DNA of 59,266 nt from Armatimonadota bacterium (lineage in GTDB: Bacteria; Armatimonadota; Fimbriimonadia; Fimbriimonadales; GBS-DC): NCBI GenBank assembly GCA_037444405.1, contig JBBIML010000019.1:1-59266 (forward strand), written 5' to 3'. The notes beneath the pieces are model-generated. The model was not told where the DNA came from. It worked only from the letters and a program-made list of their open reading frames with translations, and did not search any database. Below are positions 14,158-23,985 of this stretch, piece after piece; the stretch's first letter is position 1; every line of letters starts with the position of its first letter. Position numbers and translations under genes: made by a program.

Positions 14158-15140
14158 TGACCCCGCGCGAGCGCGTTCAGGCAGCGGTTGCCGGGCAGCT
14201 GACCGACAGGCTCCCCTTCGCCTTCTGGTACCACTTCCGCACCGAGCCGTGGTTCCCGCCCCAGCTCTATGCCGAGTATCGCCCGCCCGTCAGCGACGAC
14301 CTGCTGACCTTCTACATCGAGGGCATGGTTCGCGCCGAGCGGGACTTCTGGCAGCGCTATCAGCCCGATTTGCTGAAGGTGATGCACGACATCCCCTACG
14401 AGATGACGCCCGATTTGCCCGTGATAGAGCGCGCTGACGACTGGCGCCGCCTGCCCGCGCTGGAACCCGATAAGGGACTTTTCGGCGCGCACCTGCAGGT
14501 GCTTCATCGCCTGCGCGAGCAGCTGCCACCCGATGTGCCCATCGTTGAAACGGTGTTCAACACCTTCTATTACGCCACGCGCATCTCGAACGGTCGATTC
14601 CTTGAGCATTTGCAGCAGTCGCCCGAATCGGTGCAGGTGGGGCTGGCGATTCTGCATGTCAATCTCGTCGCCTACGCGAAGGCAGTTATCAGGGTGTGCG
14701 ATGGGGTCTATTATGCGCTCAGCGGCGCGAGTTCTGACGCGATGCCCCGCGCGCTGTATGAACGCTATCTGCTGCCGCTGGATCGCGAGCTGCTGAACGC
14801 GGTTGCCGACGCGCCGCTGAATGTGCTGCATCTGCACGGCTACGGCGAGCTCTATGCCGATTTATGGGCGCAGCCGCCCGCCGCGATTGTGTGCTGGAGC
14901 GATCGCGCCTGCACGCTGAGCCTCGCGCAGGGGCGGCAACTGTTCCAGCGGTGCGTTATGGGTGGGCTGAACGAGCTGGAGCTGGCACGCTATTCGCGCG
15001 AGCAACTCTTCGCGCAGGCGCAGGCGGCTTTAGAGGAGGCAGGGCGCATCGGCTTTATCCTCGCGCCTGGTTGCGCCCTGCCCACCGACATCGATCCCGA
15101 CCTGTTGCTGGCGATACGCGCGTTCGCCGAGCAGCACTAA
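14157..15140 (+). CDS. uroporphyrinogen decarboxylase (URO-D) family protein
   Basis: MTPRERV start (TGATG overlap), LHLHG, GFILAPGCALP. Confidence 0.8.
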   Translation: MTPRERVQAAVAGQLTDRLPFAFWYHFRTEPWFPPQLYAEYRPPVSDDLLTFYIEGMVRAERDFWQRYQPDLLKVMHDIPYEMTPDLPVIERADDWRRLPALEPDKGLFGAHLQVLHRLREQLPPDVPIVETVFNTFYYATRISNGRFLEHLQQSPESVQVGLAILHVNLVAYAKAVIRVCDGVYYALSGASSDAMPRALYERYLLPLDRELLNAVADAPLNVLHLHGYGELYADLWAQPPAAIVCWSDRACTLSLAQGRQLFQRCVMGGLNELELARYSREQLFAQAQAALEEAGRIGFILAPGCALPTDIDPDLLLAIRAFAEQH

Positions 15141-16840
15141 GGCGGCGGCATGATGGGGATGAACATCTGCGTGTAGAGTATCTCCAGCAGGCGCGGCGGG
15201 TCAGGGGGGCGCACGGTGTTGATGCGGCGCGGGTCGAGCTGGCTGGCACGCAGGATGGCGCGGTCCGCCTCGCGCCCTTTGCCAATCTGGTCCAGCACGA
15301 ACGACGCGCCCGCCTGAATCCATGCCGTGTCGCGCGTGATTGAGAGCGCCTTGTTCAGCGCCTCCTCCGCGTTCTTGAGCGCCTCCTCGGAGGGTTTCTG
15401 TCCGTCGCGGCGCGCCACATAGACCTCGCAGGCGTAGCTGAGCGCGATGCCCAGCTGCGCTGGCGCGTAGTTCGGTCGGGCTTCGAGCGCGAGTTCGAAC
15501 CAGCCGCGCGCCACCTCCAGCAGCTGCTCGTCGCCAGGTTCCAGCCCGCCCGCGATGTTCTGCAGCCCGCGCAGCGTGTAGGCTTCGGGCATCAGCGCCT
15601 CCAGGTCCAGCACGCGCCAGAAGGCGTCGCGTGCGCGGTCGAACTCACGGTTCAGCACATAGCTCCAGCAGCGCATGAAGGCGACCTGCGGCGTGTTGTC
15701 GCTCAAATCCTGCGCTCGCGCGGTCAATCGTCCGACGGTGATGGGGCGTCGATCAAGCATCGCGAGCGCCGCCTGCGCTGTTAGCAGCGCCTTCGAGTCT
15801 TTGTCGATCTTCTCCGCTTCGGCGAGGGCAGCCTGGGAATCGCGCTCGTCGCCCAGAATGCCGCTCGCCAGCCCGCGAATGGCATAGGTGTAATCGTCGG
15901 CGATGCCGCGCCGAACCGCCGTTTGCGCCGTCACCACCGCATCGCGCAAGCGCCCCGCACAGAGATAGGCGTACGCCAGCAGGTTCAGATAGCGGGTGTT
16001 GCGGTCTTCACGCTGGGTGAGCGCGACCAGATCGGGCAGCGTGCTGTCCGCCTGACCCAGCGCGATGAGCAGTCGTGCCCGCTGGGCAATCGCGTCGGGC
16101 GCGTTGCTTTCCCCCAGCGCTTTGAGGCGCAGCTCGTAGATTTTGCGCCGTGCGGTGATGGCTTCGCGCACCAGCTCCCGTTCGTTGCGCGCGGTTCGCG
16201 CCCGCCGCAGGCTCGCCGCCACGCGGAACTCGTACCCCTCGATGCTGTCGGGGAACAGGCGCACCAGATCCTCCACTGCGTCGTCCGCCTCCTGCGTCCG
16301 TCCCTGACGCAACAGCGCCTGAATCAGCAGGATTCGGGCATCTTTGAGGCTCGAGTCGGCTTTGAGCGCGATGCGAGCGCTCCGTATCGCATCGTCAAAT
16401 TTGCCATTGATGAACGCCTCCCGCGCCTGTTGATAATGATAATTCGCCCCCTTGTCCACGCCGTTATCGATGCGAACCTTGATCTCTTTGACCACATTCT
16501 GGTTGCCTTCCAGAATAGCGACCACCTTCAGGCGTCGCTCCCCCTCCGCGTCGGTGATGGTGTCCCACTCGAACTCGTAGGGCGTGCTTTCGTCCACCTC
16601 GCGCAGGATGTCGTCCACCGAAAACTCCACGCGCAGCACCAGTTTATCACTCTGCACCGTCGCCACCACTTTTGTTGTGCCACTGATCGTGTCGCCCTCT
16701 TTGAGGTTGAGGGCGATGGTCGCGATGGGCTTGGCAGACTGTTTCTGCTGGGACGGCTGTTTCTGCTGGGACAGGGCAAAGCCCACGCCCAGTGCTGTTA
16801 GCATCAGTCCAGCGAACCATATTTGTGTCATCCGTGCCAT
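15137..16840 (-). CDS. secreted Ig-like domain plus TPR-repeat protein
   Basis: Signal peptide, VEFSVDD...PYEFEWDT (bacterial Ig-like), helical TPR-like repeats. Confidence 0.7.
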   Translation of the reverse strand: MARMTQIWFAGLMLTALGVGFALSQQKQPSQQKQSAKPIATIALNLKEGDTISGTTKVVATVQSDKLVLRVEFSVDDILREVDESTPYEFEWDTITDAEGERRLKVVAILEGNQNVVKEIKVRIDNGVDKGANYHYQQAREAFINGKFDDAIRSARIALKADSSLKDARILLIQALLRQGRTQEADDAVEDLVRLFPDSIEGYEFRVAASLRRARTARNERELVREAITARRKIYELRLKALGESNAPDAIAQRARLLIALGQADSTLPDLVALTQREDRNTRYLNLLAYAYLCAGRLRDAVVTAQTAVRRGIADDYTYAIRGLASGILGDERDSQAALAEAEKIDKDSKALLTAQAALAMLDRRPITVGRLTARAQDLSDNTPQVAFMRCWSYVLNREFDRARDAFWRVLDLEALMPEAYTLRGLQNIAGGLEPGDEQLLEVARGWFELALEARPNYAPAQLGIALSYACEVYVARRDGQKPSEEALKNAEEALNKALSITRDTAWIQAGASFVLDQIGKGREADRAILRASQLDPRRINTVRPPDPPRLLEILYTQMFIPIMPPP

Positions 16841-16886
16841 AACGCTTTAGACGATTCGGCGCGGGGTTCGTCGTTCCTGCCGCTTT

Positions 16887-17402
16887 TCAGTTGTTGCTCT
16901 GCACGGGCAGCGGCTGGGAGGTGTCCAGATGCCCGCCGATGCTGTCGATGGGCTGACCCTCAACGAGAATCTGCACTTTTTGCACGGCGGGGAAGCTGGC
17001 AGCGGTGCGCGTGATGGCGTTCACCAGCGCGGCTTCCGCGTCGGAGCCACCTTCAAACCTGCTCAGTTCTGCCGAGAAGTTCAGCACGAGCGTGTCGCCC
17101 CGCAGCGTCGCGCTGATCAGGTGCGTGCCTTCGGGGAAGAGGGGCGTCTCCCGAATGAGATGCTCAAACGCGGCGCGATAGGCGTTTGATGCGCTGGCGA
17201 CGGGGATGGTTTTGGGTTCATAGCGGGTCTCGCCATGCTCATCCACGCGGGGCACATAAATCTGAACGCTGGACGGTGGGCGCGCAGCGACCGGTGTAGG
17301 CGGGCGTGTGAGGCGCAGCCATATCCCGACGCCGACCGCCACCAGCGCGATCACGATGAACAGCCCACCCAGCAGGGTCTGAACGCGCCGCGCTTCACTC
17401 AC
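16887..17402 (-). CDS. GerMN domain protein
   Basis: TM anchor, FPEGTHL, LNFS, GGS..E, VQILVEG, GGHLD; GTG at 17402 overlaps the upstream stop. Confidence 0.8.
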   Translation of the reverse strand: MSEARRVQTLLGGLFIVIALVAVGVGIWLRLTRPPTPVAARPPSSVQIYVPRVDEHGETRYEPKTIPVASASNAYRAAFEHLIRETPLFPEGTHLISATLRGDTLVLNFSAELSRFEGGSDAEAALVNAITRTAASFPAVQKVQILVEGQPIDSIGGHLDTSQPLPVQSNN

Positions 17403-18264
17403 CGTCCTGCGCCTCCTGCGACGGCTCTGCCTCCGCCTCACCCGACTCTCCTGCCTGCTCTGATGGTTCGGACGGCTCCGATGGAGCGGACACCCACTCT
17501 ACCACGAACTGGCTCTTGCCCAGCGTCAGTATCGCGCCTGGCTCCACAGGGGTGGGCAGGTTGGGCGTCAGGCGCGTGTCGCCAATAAAGGTGCCGTTCG
17601 TGCTGCCCAGATCGGTGATGCGCACCTCGTTGCCCACGATCTCGATCGTGGCGTGCGTGCCCGATACATAGGGGTCGGGGATCACGATATCGTTGCCCGC
17701 GCGGCGCCCGATTCGCAGCGGACGCGCGTAGAGCGGATAGCGCTGGCTGGCGTCCTGCTGATTGACCAGATATGCCAGCGGCGGGGCGACCTCTTCAGCG
17801 ACCACGGGCGTCTCGAAGCCCTCAGGGAGTTCCAGAGTCAGTTGCACGCTGCCCAGCCGCAGTTCCGCCTGGGGCGGCAGGGGAACCCGCTGACCGGGCG
17901 CGAGAGGCTGACCATTAAGAATCGTGCCGTTCGTGCTGCCGAGGTCTTCGATGTAGGCGGTCTTCTCCTCGATGATGATTCGGGCGTGGCGGCGGCTGAC
18001 CGTGCCGTCGCTGAGCAGCACATCGGCGCTGGGGTCGCGCCCGATGAGGTTCTCGCCCGCCTTGAGCAGGAACTCGCGCCCGCCCGCGTCGCGCAAACGG
18101 GCGAAACTGCCCTCCACAGGCGCGGCTTCTACTGGCATCTCACTGCTCAACAGGAAACCGCACTCGACGCAATACTGCTCGCCTGGCGGATTCATCTGCC
18201 CGCAGATGGGGCACTGCGCAGGTGCAATCGCCTGCGTTGCGCCCGGCGCCGCACTCATCTGCAT
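17395..18264 (-). CDS. zinc-ribbon plus double FHA domain protein (start uncertain)
   Basis: CPICG...CVECG and two FHA units (IGR...VSRRHA...DLGSTNGT; IGR...VSGTHA...DLGSTNGT). Confidence 0.85.
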   Translation of the reverse strand: MQMSAAPGATQAIAPAQCPICGQMNPPGEQYCVECGFLLSSEMPVEAAPVEGSFARLRDAGGREFLLKAGENLIGRDPSADVLLSDGTVSRRHARIIIEEKTAYIEDLGSTNGTILNGQPLAPGQRVPLPPQAELRLGSVQLTLELPEGFETPVVAEEVAPPLAYLVNQQDASQRYPLYARPLRIGRRAGNDIVIPDPYVSGTHATIEIVGNEVRITDLGSTNGTFIGDTRLTPNLPTPVEPGAILTLGKSQFVVEWVSAPSEPSEPSEQAGESGEAEAEPSQEAQDGE

Positions 18265-18419
18265 CGTCGCCTGCACCTCCGAACCTCCCATCGCCACCGT
18301 CGACTCATCCTGCATGGTAAACATTATACCGTTTCCTGCCTCTTGGCACGCCGATGGAACCCAGCATCCCGACTTTTCTTGGTCCAAAGCCGCTGGGCAG
18401 GGGGCGGTTCTGTGGAGCC

Positions 18420-19526
18420 TCATAAGAACCGCTCTGGCGCGAGCGGTTCAATCGGCAACGGGGTGGAGCCGTTCAGCACAAGGTCGGCGATAGCCACGGC
18501 GGTCGCGGGCGCCAGCAGGATGCCGTGATAGGCGTGCCCGCTCGCCAGGTAGAGCCCTTCCAGACCGCGCAGCGTGCCAATCAGCGGGTTCGAATCGGGC
18601 GTGTTCGGTCGCAAGCCGACGGTGTGCCCCGTCATCGTGGCGCTCAGCATCATCGGGCACAGCTGAGCCAGTGCCTCCAGTAGCTGGCGCATTCCCGCTG
18701 CCGTGGCTCGTACATCGAAACCTGCCTGCTCGCGCGTTGCACCCATGAGTACCGTGCCGTCCCCGCGTGGCACCAGATAGCCGAACGGCGCGGCCGCGAC
18801 GATGATATGGCGCACAGGGCGGGGCACATCGTCCAGCACCAGAATCTGCCCTCGCACGGGTTCAATCGGCAGGTGAACGCCGAGTGTCTGCAGCAGGGCG
18901 CCCGTCCATGCGCCCGCCGCTATCACCACCGCGTCGCCCGACAGCACCCCGTTCGCCGTGCGCACGCCCCGCACGCGCCCGCCCTCCTGCACGAAGCCCA
19001 GCACGGGCTGACCTCTGTGGAACTCCGCGCCCGCCTGGATCACCGCAGCGTACAGGGCGCGCATCAGTCGCTCCGTGTGAACGCGCCCCTCGTTCGGCAG
19101 CCAGAGCGCGAGCCGACAGGTTTCGGGCAGCGCTGGCTCCCGCTCGCGCGCCGCGCGGGTATCCAGCAGCTCTGCCTGCGGCTCGTGGCGAGCCACCCAC
19201 TCGTAAAGCGTCTGCAGATTCTGGGCGTCCGAATCGGTGAGCGCAACGCGCAGCGTGCCACAGCGGTGCCAGCCGATGTCGATACCGACCGTCTCCTGCA
19301 GGCGTTGCGCCCATTCGGGATAGAGGTTCAGGCTGTGTAGCATCAAGGGCAGCGCGGGGGTTTCGTCCCCAGTCAGGCTGAAGGGGTTGACCATCCCGGC
19401 GGAGGCGATGGAGGTCTGCCCGCCGCTGGCAAGGCTCTCCAGCAGCGCGACGGTTGCCCCGCGCCTGCGCAGCTCCAGTGCAACCGACGCGCCTATCACG
19501 CCCGCACCCACCACCAGCACCCGCAT
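18420..19526 (-). CDS. thiO: glycine oxidase ThiO
   Basis: VVGAGVIG, ASAGM, PVRGQ, GLRP, GHAYHGILLAP; adjacent to thiS. Confidence 0.85.
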   Translation of the reverse strand: MRVLVVGAGVIGASVALELRRRGATVALLESLASGGQTSIASAGMVNPFSLTGDETPALPLMLHSLNLYPEWAQRLQETVGIDIGWHRCGTLRVALTDSDAQNLQTLYEWVARHEPQAELLDTRAAREREPALPETCRLALWLPNEGRVHTERLMRALYAAVIQAGAEFHRGQPVLGFVQEGGRVRGVRTANGVLSGDAVVIAAGAWTGALLQTLGVHLPIEPVRGQILVLDDVPRPVRHIIVAAAPFGYLVPRGDGTVLMGATREQAGFDVRATAAGMRQLLEALAQLCPMMLSATMTGHTVGLRPNTPDSNPLIGTLRGLEGLYLASGHAYHGILLAPATAVAIADLVLNGSTPLPIEPLAPERFL

Positions 19527-19529
19527 CGT

Positions 19530-19730
19530 CTATCCCCCCGCCACCATCTGCACAATCTCCAGCGTGTCGCCCTCGCGCAGAACAATCTCGGCGTACCGCT
19601 CGCGCGGCACAATCTGGGCGTTATGCTCCACCACGACCATTCGGGGATCCAGCCCGCGCTCCTGAAGCAGCTGCAAAAGGGTGACGGCTTCGGGCAGTTC
19701 ACGCTCCTTGCCGTTGATGCGCACTCGCAT
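19530..19730 (-). CDS. thiS: sulfur carrier protein ThiS
   Basis: 66 aa, INGK, VVEHN, C-terminal GG. Confidence 0.92.
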   Translation of the reverse strand: MRVRINGKERELPEAVTLLQLLQERGLDPRMVVVEHNAQIVPRERYAEIVLREGDTLEIVQMVAGG

Positions 19731-19954
19731 GGCATGCAGATTATACCGAAAGCCTCTCCCCCATCCTGCTGGTTTCGCCCGATTGTCAAGGGGGCAGGGG
19801 GCAAATCGGGGGCACTCGCCCGCACGGGGAGCGTCCCTGCGCCCCTGCGGATGTCTACGGCGTTCGCGTATAGTTATACGGCGACGCGGGAGAGTTCTCC
19901 CGAACGGCAGGAAATCAGACGCTCTGCGCGAACCTGAAAAAGGAGGCAGAAACG

Positions 19955-20119
19955 ATGCGAGGAGATTTCGTCAAACGAGCCGACTGTGAGTTTGAGGCGC
20001 AAGTGGCGCAGTTTCTGGCGAATGTCGAATTCGTCAAGTGGTATCGGGGTGCGTGGGAGTTGCCGCGGGGCGCACGGGGCGCGTGGTCGGATCCTGCGCA
20101 GGCGACGGTGGTGGGGTGA
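19955..20119 (+). CDS. 54-aa small ORF, possibly an internally deleted gene remnant
   Basis: Strong RBS AAAAAGGAGG; MRGDFVKRADCEFEAQVAQFLANVEFVKWYRGAWELPRGARGAWSDPAQATVVG*. Confidence 0.45.
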   Translation: MRGDFVKRADCEFEAQVAQFLANVEFVKWYRGAWELPRGARGAWSDPAQATVVG

Positions 20120-20177
20120 GGGTTCCCGCGACGCCCTGTGGAAAATCGTGCTGGGGCGATTCAGAGGGTTCGTATCG

Positions 20178-21338
20178 ATGCGGGTATGGATTATTGCGGG
20201 CGAGGCGTCGGGCGATCTGTACGGGGCGGATCTGGCGCGTCATCTGCTGGTGAAGTTCCCCGCGCTGGAGGTGTACGGCGTCGGCGGCGCGCGCATGCAG
20301 CAGGCAGGCGTGCAGCTGCTCATCGACAGCCGCCACTGGGGCGCGATTGGCATCGTGGAATCGCTGCGCGTGCTGCCCGTGGTGCTGCGGGCGTTCCAGC
20401 GGCTCAGGCGAGTGTTGCTCCAGCAGCGTCCCGACTGGCTCATCCCCATCGATTTCGGCGCGTTCAACATCCCGTTCTGTCGCTGGGCGAAGGCGCACGG
20501 CATTCGTGTGTGTTATTACATGCCGCCGGGCAGCTGGCGACGGGATAGGCAAGGGCGCGATCTGCCCCTCATCGCCGACTGGATTCTGACCCCGTTTGAA
20601 TGGTCGGCGCAGTTGCTGCAGGCGATGGGGGCGCGGGTGGTGCGCATCCGTCATCCCCTGCTGCGACTGGCGCGGGAGTCGATGCCCAAAACCACCTTCT
20701 GCGAGCGGTTGGGGCTGGATTCGGACCGTCCAATTGTCGCACTGTTGCCCGGCAGCCGACGGCACGAAGTGATGGCTCATGTGCCCCTGTACGCGCGCGT
20801 CGCCGAGCAGGTGAACACCTATCTGCCCGAAGCGCAGTTCGTGCTGTCGGTCGCGCCCGGCTTCTCGACAGAGTGGATCCATCGCCTATGGGCGGAGGGT
20901 TCGCGCAGCTGGGTTCCGACCGAGACGCGCCCCGTGTGGGATATGCTGGCGCACGCCGACGCCGCGATTGTCTGCTCCGGCACCGCCACGCTGGAGGCGG
21001 CGCTATTAGACACGCCAATGCTCATCATCTATCGCGGCTCCAGCTGGATGAATCTGGAATATCGCCTGCGCCGCCAGCGACTGAACCTTCGCCATATCGG
21101 GCTACCCAATCTGCTGCTGGAGCGCGAGGTGTGCCCGGAGTTCATTCAGGAGGCGGCGACGCCCAGTGCATTAGCCCGCTACCTGATCGGGCTGCTGCGG
21201 CAGGACGAAAACTATCGATGTCAAAAAGAGGCTTTCAGCACTCTGCGGAGCCTGCTCGGCGAAGGCGAGCCGCTGAGCGAGGGACCCGAATGGATCGAGC
21301 GACTCTTGATCGAATCGACGCAGGCGCGAGCGGATTAA
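20178..21338 (+). CDS. lpxB: lipid-A-disaccharide synthase
   Basis: IAGEASGDLYG, IDFGAFN, ALLPGSR, CSGTATLE, IGLPN. Confidence 0.92.
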   Translation: MRVWIIAGEASGDLYGADLARHLLVKFPALEVYGVGGARMQQAGVQLLIDSRHWGAIGIVESLRVLPVVLRAFQRLRRVLLQQRPDWLIPIDFGAFNIPFCRWAKAHGIRVCYYMPPGSWRRDRQGRDLPLIADWILTPFEWSAQLLQAMGARVVRIRHPLLRLARESMPKTTFCERLGLDSDRPIVALLPGSRRHEVMAHVPLYARVAEQVNTYLPEAQFVLSVAPGFSTEWIHRLWAEGSRSWVPTETRPVWDMLAHADAAIVCSGTATLEAALLDTPMLIIYRGSSWMNLEYRLRRQRLNLRHIGLPNLLLEREVCPEFIQEAATPSALARYLIGLLRQDENYRCQKEAFSTLRSLLGEGEPLSEGPEWIERLLIESTQARAD

Positions 21339-21346
21339 TCGCGCTG

Positions 21347-21877
21347 ATGGTGTGGATTGGGCGCAGGCGCAGTCGGCTCTTTCTGCCGGTGCCCATCCTG
21401 CTGATTGGGCTGGCGGATCCAGCTCTTAACGAGGCGGCGGTGGGCTGCCTGCTAATGCTGCTTGGCTCGCTCGTGCGTCTGTGGGCGGCGGGCTATCTTC
21501 AGAAAAATACGCACCTTATCACAGCGGGTCCGTACGCGCGCGTGCGCCACCCGCTCTACGGCGGCATGCTGCTGATTCTGGGCGGCTGGTGTACGATGGC
21601 GGGCTGGCTGCCGTATGGCGTGCTGATCGGCGCATACAGCGCGTTTCTGTACGGGTGCGCCGTTGCGATGGAGGAGCGTCGCCTGAACGAGCTGTTCCCC
21701 CAGCACGACGAGTATCGACGGCGCGTGCCCCTGCTGATCCCGCTGCCCCATCGCGCCTGGCATGCCCCCGAGGGCAAATTCTGCTGGCAGACCGCATGGG
21801 CGAACGGCGAGCATCGCGTCCTGCTCTGGAACACCCTCGTGACGGCGCTGATGCTGACCCGCATGGCGCTCAGCTGA
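21347..21877 (+). CDS. isoprenylcysteine carboxyl methyltransferase / PEMT-family membrane protein (alternative start 21290)
   Basis: RLWAAGY, LITAGPYARVRHPLY, EERRL, YRRRVP. Confidence 0.8.
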   Translation: MVWIGRRRSRLFLPVPILLIGLADPALNEAAVGCLLMLLGSLVRLWAAGYLQKNTHLITAGPYARVRHPLYGGMLLILGGWCTMAGWLPYGVLIGAYSAFLYGCAVAMEERRLNELFPQHDEYRRRVPLLIPLPHRAWHAPEGKFCWQTAWANGEHRVLLWNTLVTALMLTRMALS

Positions 21878-21942
21878 AAATCCCCCTCTTCGCGTCACCC
21901 CGGCGACCGCGGTCAGGCGTCTAATCATCGGAGGGTCCAACG

Positions 21943-23877
21943 ATGCGAAGAGTGAGCCTGATACTGGGATTGGCTGGCGTCTGCTGGCAGGGTCTGACTG
22001 CCGATACGAACCGTGTGCCGGAGTTCGATGCGCCTATTCGCCGCGTGATTGTGTACAAGGACGGGCACTGCTTCACCCAGCGTGAGGCGACGCTCATCCT
22101 GCGAAACGACCGCGCCTACACCAGCTCCATCCCCTACGCGCTGTTCGGCAGCGTATGGGCGTACAGTCGCAACCCGCAGGTGCCGCTGATCCAGCTGACG
22201 GGTCAGGTGGTCTATCGGGATGAGGAGGTCAAGCCCGACAACCTGCGAGAGCTACTGATCCTGAACGCGAACCAGCGCGTGGAAGTGGAGCTGCATCCGC
22301 TGCCGTTCTATATGGGGGGCGAGCGTGCGCCCAGAGTGAGTTCCGAGGTGGTGCGAGGCGTGCTGCGCGTGGCGCGGAGCGCACTGCCACCCAGCGATTC
22401 GTACCAGCCGCCGCCCTGGGCGCCCGCACCGACCGATGCGGGGCGCCCCAGCAGCCCATGGACGGGCGGCTATTTCGGTCGGATGCCTGAGCCAGGCGCC
22501 GAGTTCTGGATCGAGTCTGCCGAGGGCATCGTGCCGTTCAGCGTGACGCAGGTGAAGCGCGTTCGGTTCCTGGACACGCCGAAGCGCGCCCGCACCGAGA
22601 AGGTCGCAACGGCTCGCTGGGAGCTGCTGTTCGGCGGCGACACGAAAAGCGGTCAATCGGTCACGGTGGTGCTGTGCGCGGTGGAGCGCGGGCTGATCTG
22701 GCTGCCCGAATATCGGCTCCACCTGCCGTCGCCCGATGCGACCACGGCAACGCTATCCCTGAACGCCACCCTGCTGAACGAGCTGAGCGATCTGAAAGAC
22801 GCGGCTGTCTATGTGGCGATAGGGCTGCCGCAGTTTCTGACGGGGGACACCCTGTCGCCGCTGAGCTTGCGTGCCGATTTCCTGCGCCTCTCCCAGTGGT
22901 TTGGCGAGGATGCGGGCGCAGCTCGTGGGCTGGTGGGGCAATTCGGCGGTTTCGGCGGCTTCGGCGGCGTGGTGCCAGCCGCGCCAGCAACATCAGGACC
23001 TGGCGGAATGGGCGGCGCGCTGCCGTTCGGCATGGGGCTTGAAACGCTCATGGGGTCAGAAATGGTTCAGCCGGATCAACCGGAGACGATGGCGGGCATG
23101 CTGCCCGATCCGGTGGCGGGCACAACGGCGCCGCTGGCGCTGCTGCCCCTGCCACGCCTGAGCCTGGCACGCAACGCCGCCGTCTATCTCACCCTGCGCG
23201 AGCAGCAGGTTCCTGTGCGGCGGGTCTACTTCTGGCAAGCCGACCTGACGGGCGCCGACACCGACGACACCAGCGCGCCGCCGCCCAGCTCGTTCGGGTT
23301 CGACTCGCGCCGACAGCCACCGCCGCCGAGCGCACGCGCCTTCCGCACCTACGAGGAGCTGCGCGAGTATATCAATCGCACACGGCGACTGCGAGGCGAG
23401 GTGCAGGATGTGCTGATTGTGAGCAACACGGGCAATATTCCGTGGACGACCGCGCCTATCTTACTGCTGCAGGGCGAGACGCCCGTGGCGCAGGATGTGC
23501 TGCTGTATACCCCGGCGGGCGCGGACGCGATGGTCTACCTGGGCGTCACGCGCCGCGTCACCATCAGCCACACCTACAGCACGGAGGGACGGTGGGAGCG
23601 CGGCGTCGAACAAAAGTTCGTGCGGGGTCAACTGCGCGTGGTCAATCTCAACCCGGAGCCGGCGCCCCTGATGGTGCATCTGCGCATTCAGGGCGAGTTC
23701 GTCACGGCGGCAATCCCGCCCACGCAGATTCTGGCAGCGGGCAGAGCGCCCACCCGATTCGGCTGGTGGTGGGACTGGTGGGAGTGGCACAAACGGCGCG
23801 GCGCCACCCTGCTCATCTGGGAGCTGACCGTGCCGCCCGGCGAAACCGTGTGGGACTACCGCTACCGCCTGCCGTAA
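21943..23877 (+). CDS. secreted hypothetical protein (DUF4139/DUF4140-like)
   Basis: RBS GGAGG, signal peptide, VIVYKDG, GLIWLPEY, NTGNIPWTTAP. Confidence 0.6.
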   Translation: MRRVSLILGLAGVCWQGLTADTNRVPEFDAPIRRVIVYKDGHCFTQREATLILRNDRAYTSSIPYALFGSVWAYSRNPQVPLIQLTGQVVYRDEEVKPDNLRELLILNANQRVEVELHPLPFYMGGERAPRVSSEVVRGVLRVARSALPPSDSYQPPPWAPAPTDAGRPSSPWTGGYFGRMPEPGAEFWIESAEGIVPFSVTQVKRVRFLDTPKRARTEKVATARWELLFGGDTKSGQSVTVVLCAVERGLIWLPEYRLHLPSPDATTATLSLNATLLNELSDLKDAAVYVAIGLPQFLTGDTLSPLSLRADFLRLSQWFGEDAGAARGLVGQFGGFGGFGGVVPAAPATSGPGGMGGALPFGMGLETLMGSEMVQPDQPETMAGMLPDPVAGTTAPLALLPLPRLSLARNAAVYLTLREQQVPVRRVYFWQADLTGADTDDTSAPPPSSFGFDSRRQPPPPSARAFRTYEELREYINRTRRLRGEVQDVLIVSNTGNIPWTTAPILLLQGETPVAQDVLLYTPAGADAMVYLGVTRRVTISHTYSTEGRWERGVEQKFVRGQLRVVNLNPEPAPLMVHLRIQGEFVTAAIPPTQILAAGRAPTRFGWWWDWWEWHKRRGATLLIWELTVPPGETVWDYRYRLP

Positions 23878-23893
23878 AACAGGAGTTCGCACG

Positions 23894-23921
23894 CCCTCTC
23901 CCCCGCCAGCGGGGGAGAGGG
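23894..23921. repeat. REP-like palindrome between convergent genes
   Basis: ccctctcccccgc-ca-gcgggggagaggg 13-bp stem; same family as 45803-45889 and 58609-58697. Confidence 0.75.
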
Positions 23922-23985
23922 ATTGTCTCATACCGCTCCCACGAGCAGGGGATGGGAACCGCCCAGAAAGAGGGCAAAGGCGGAG

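Noticed and set aside
16738..16773. 18-bp tandem duplication encoding SQQKQP/SQQKQS
   Set aside because: Ordinary low-complexity linker after a signal peptide
19731..19950. Possible TPP riboswitch upstream of thiS
   Set aside because: No GCUGAGA or other aptamer core motifs seen, and the -10 box sits only 9 nt from the start codon
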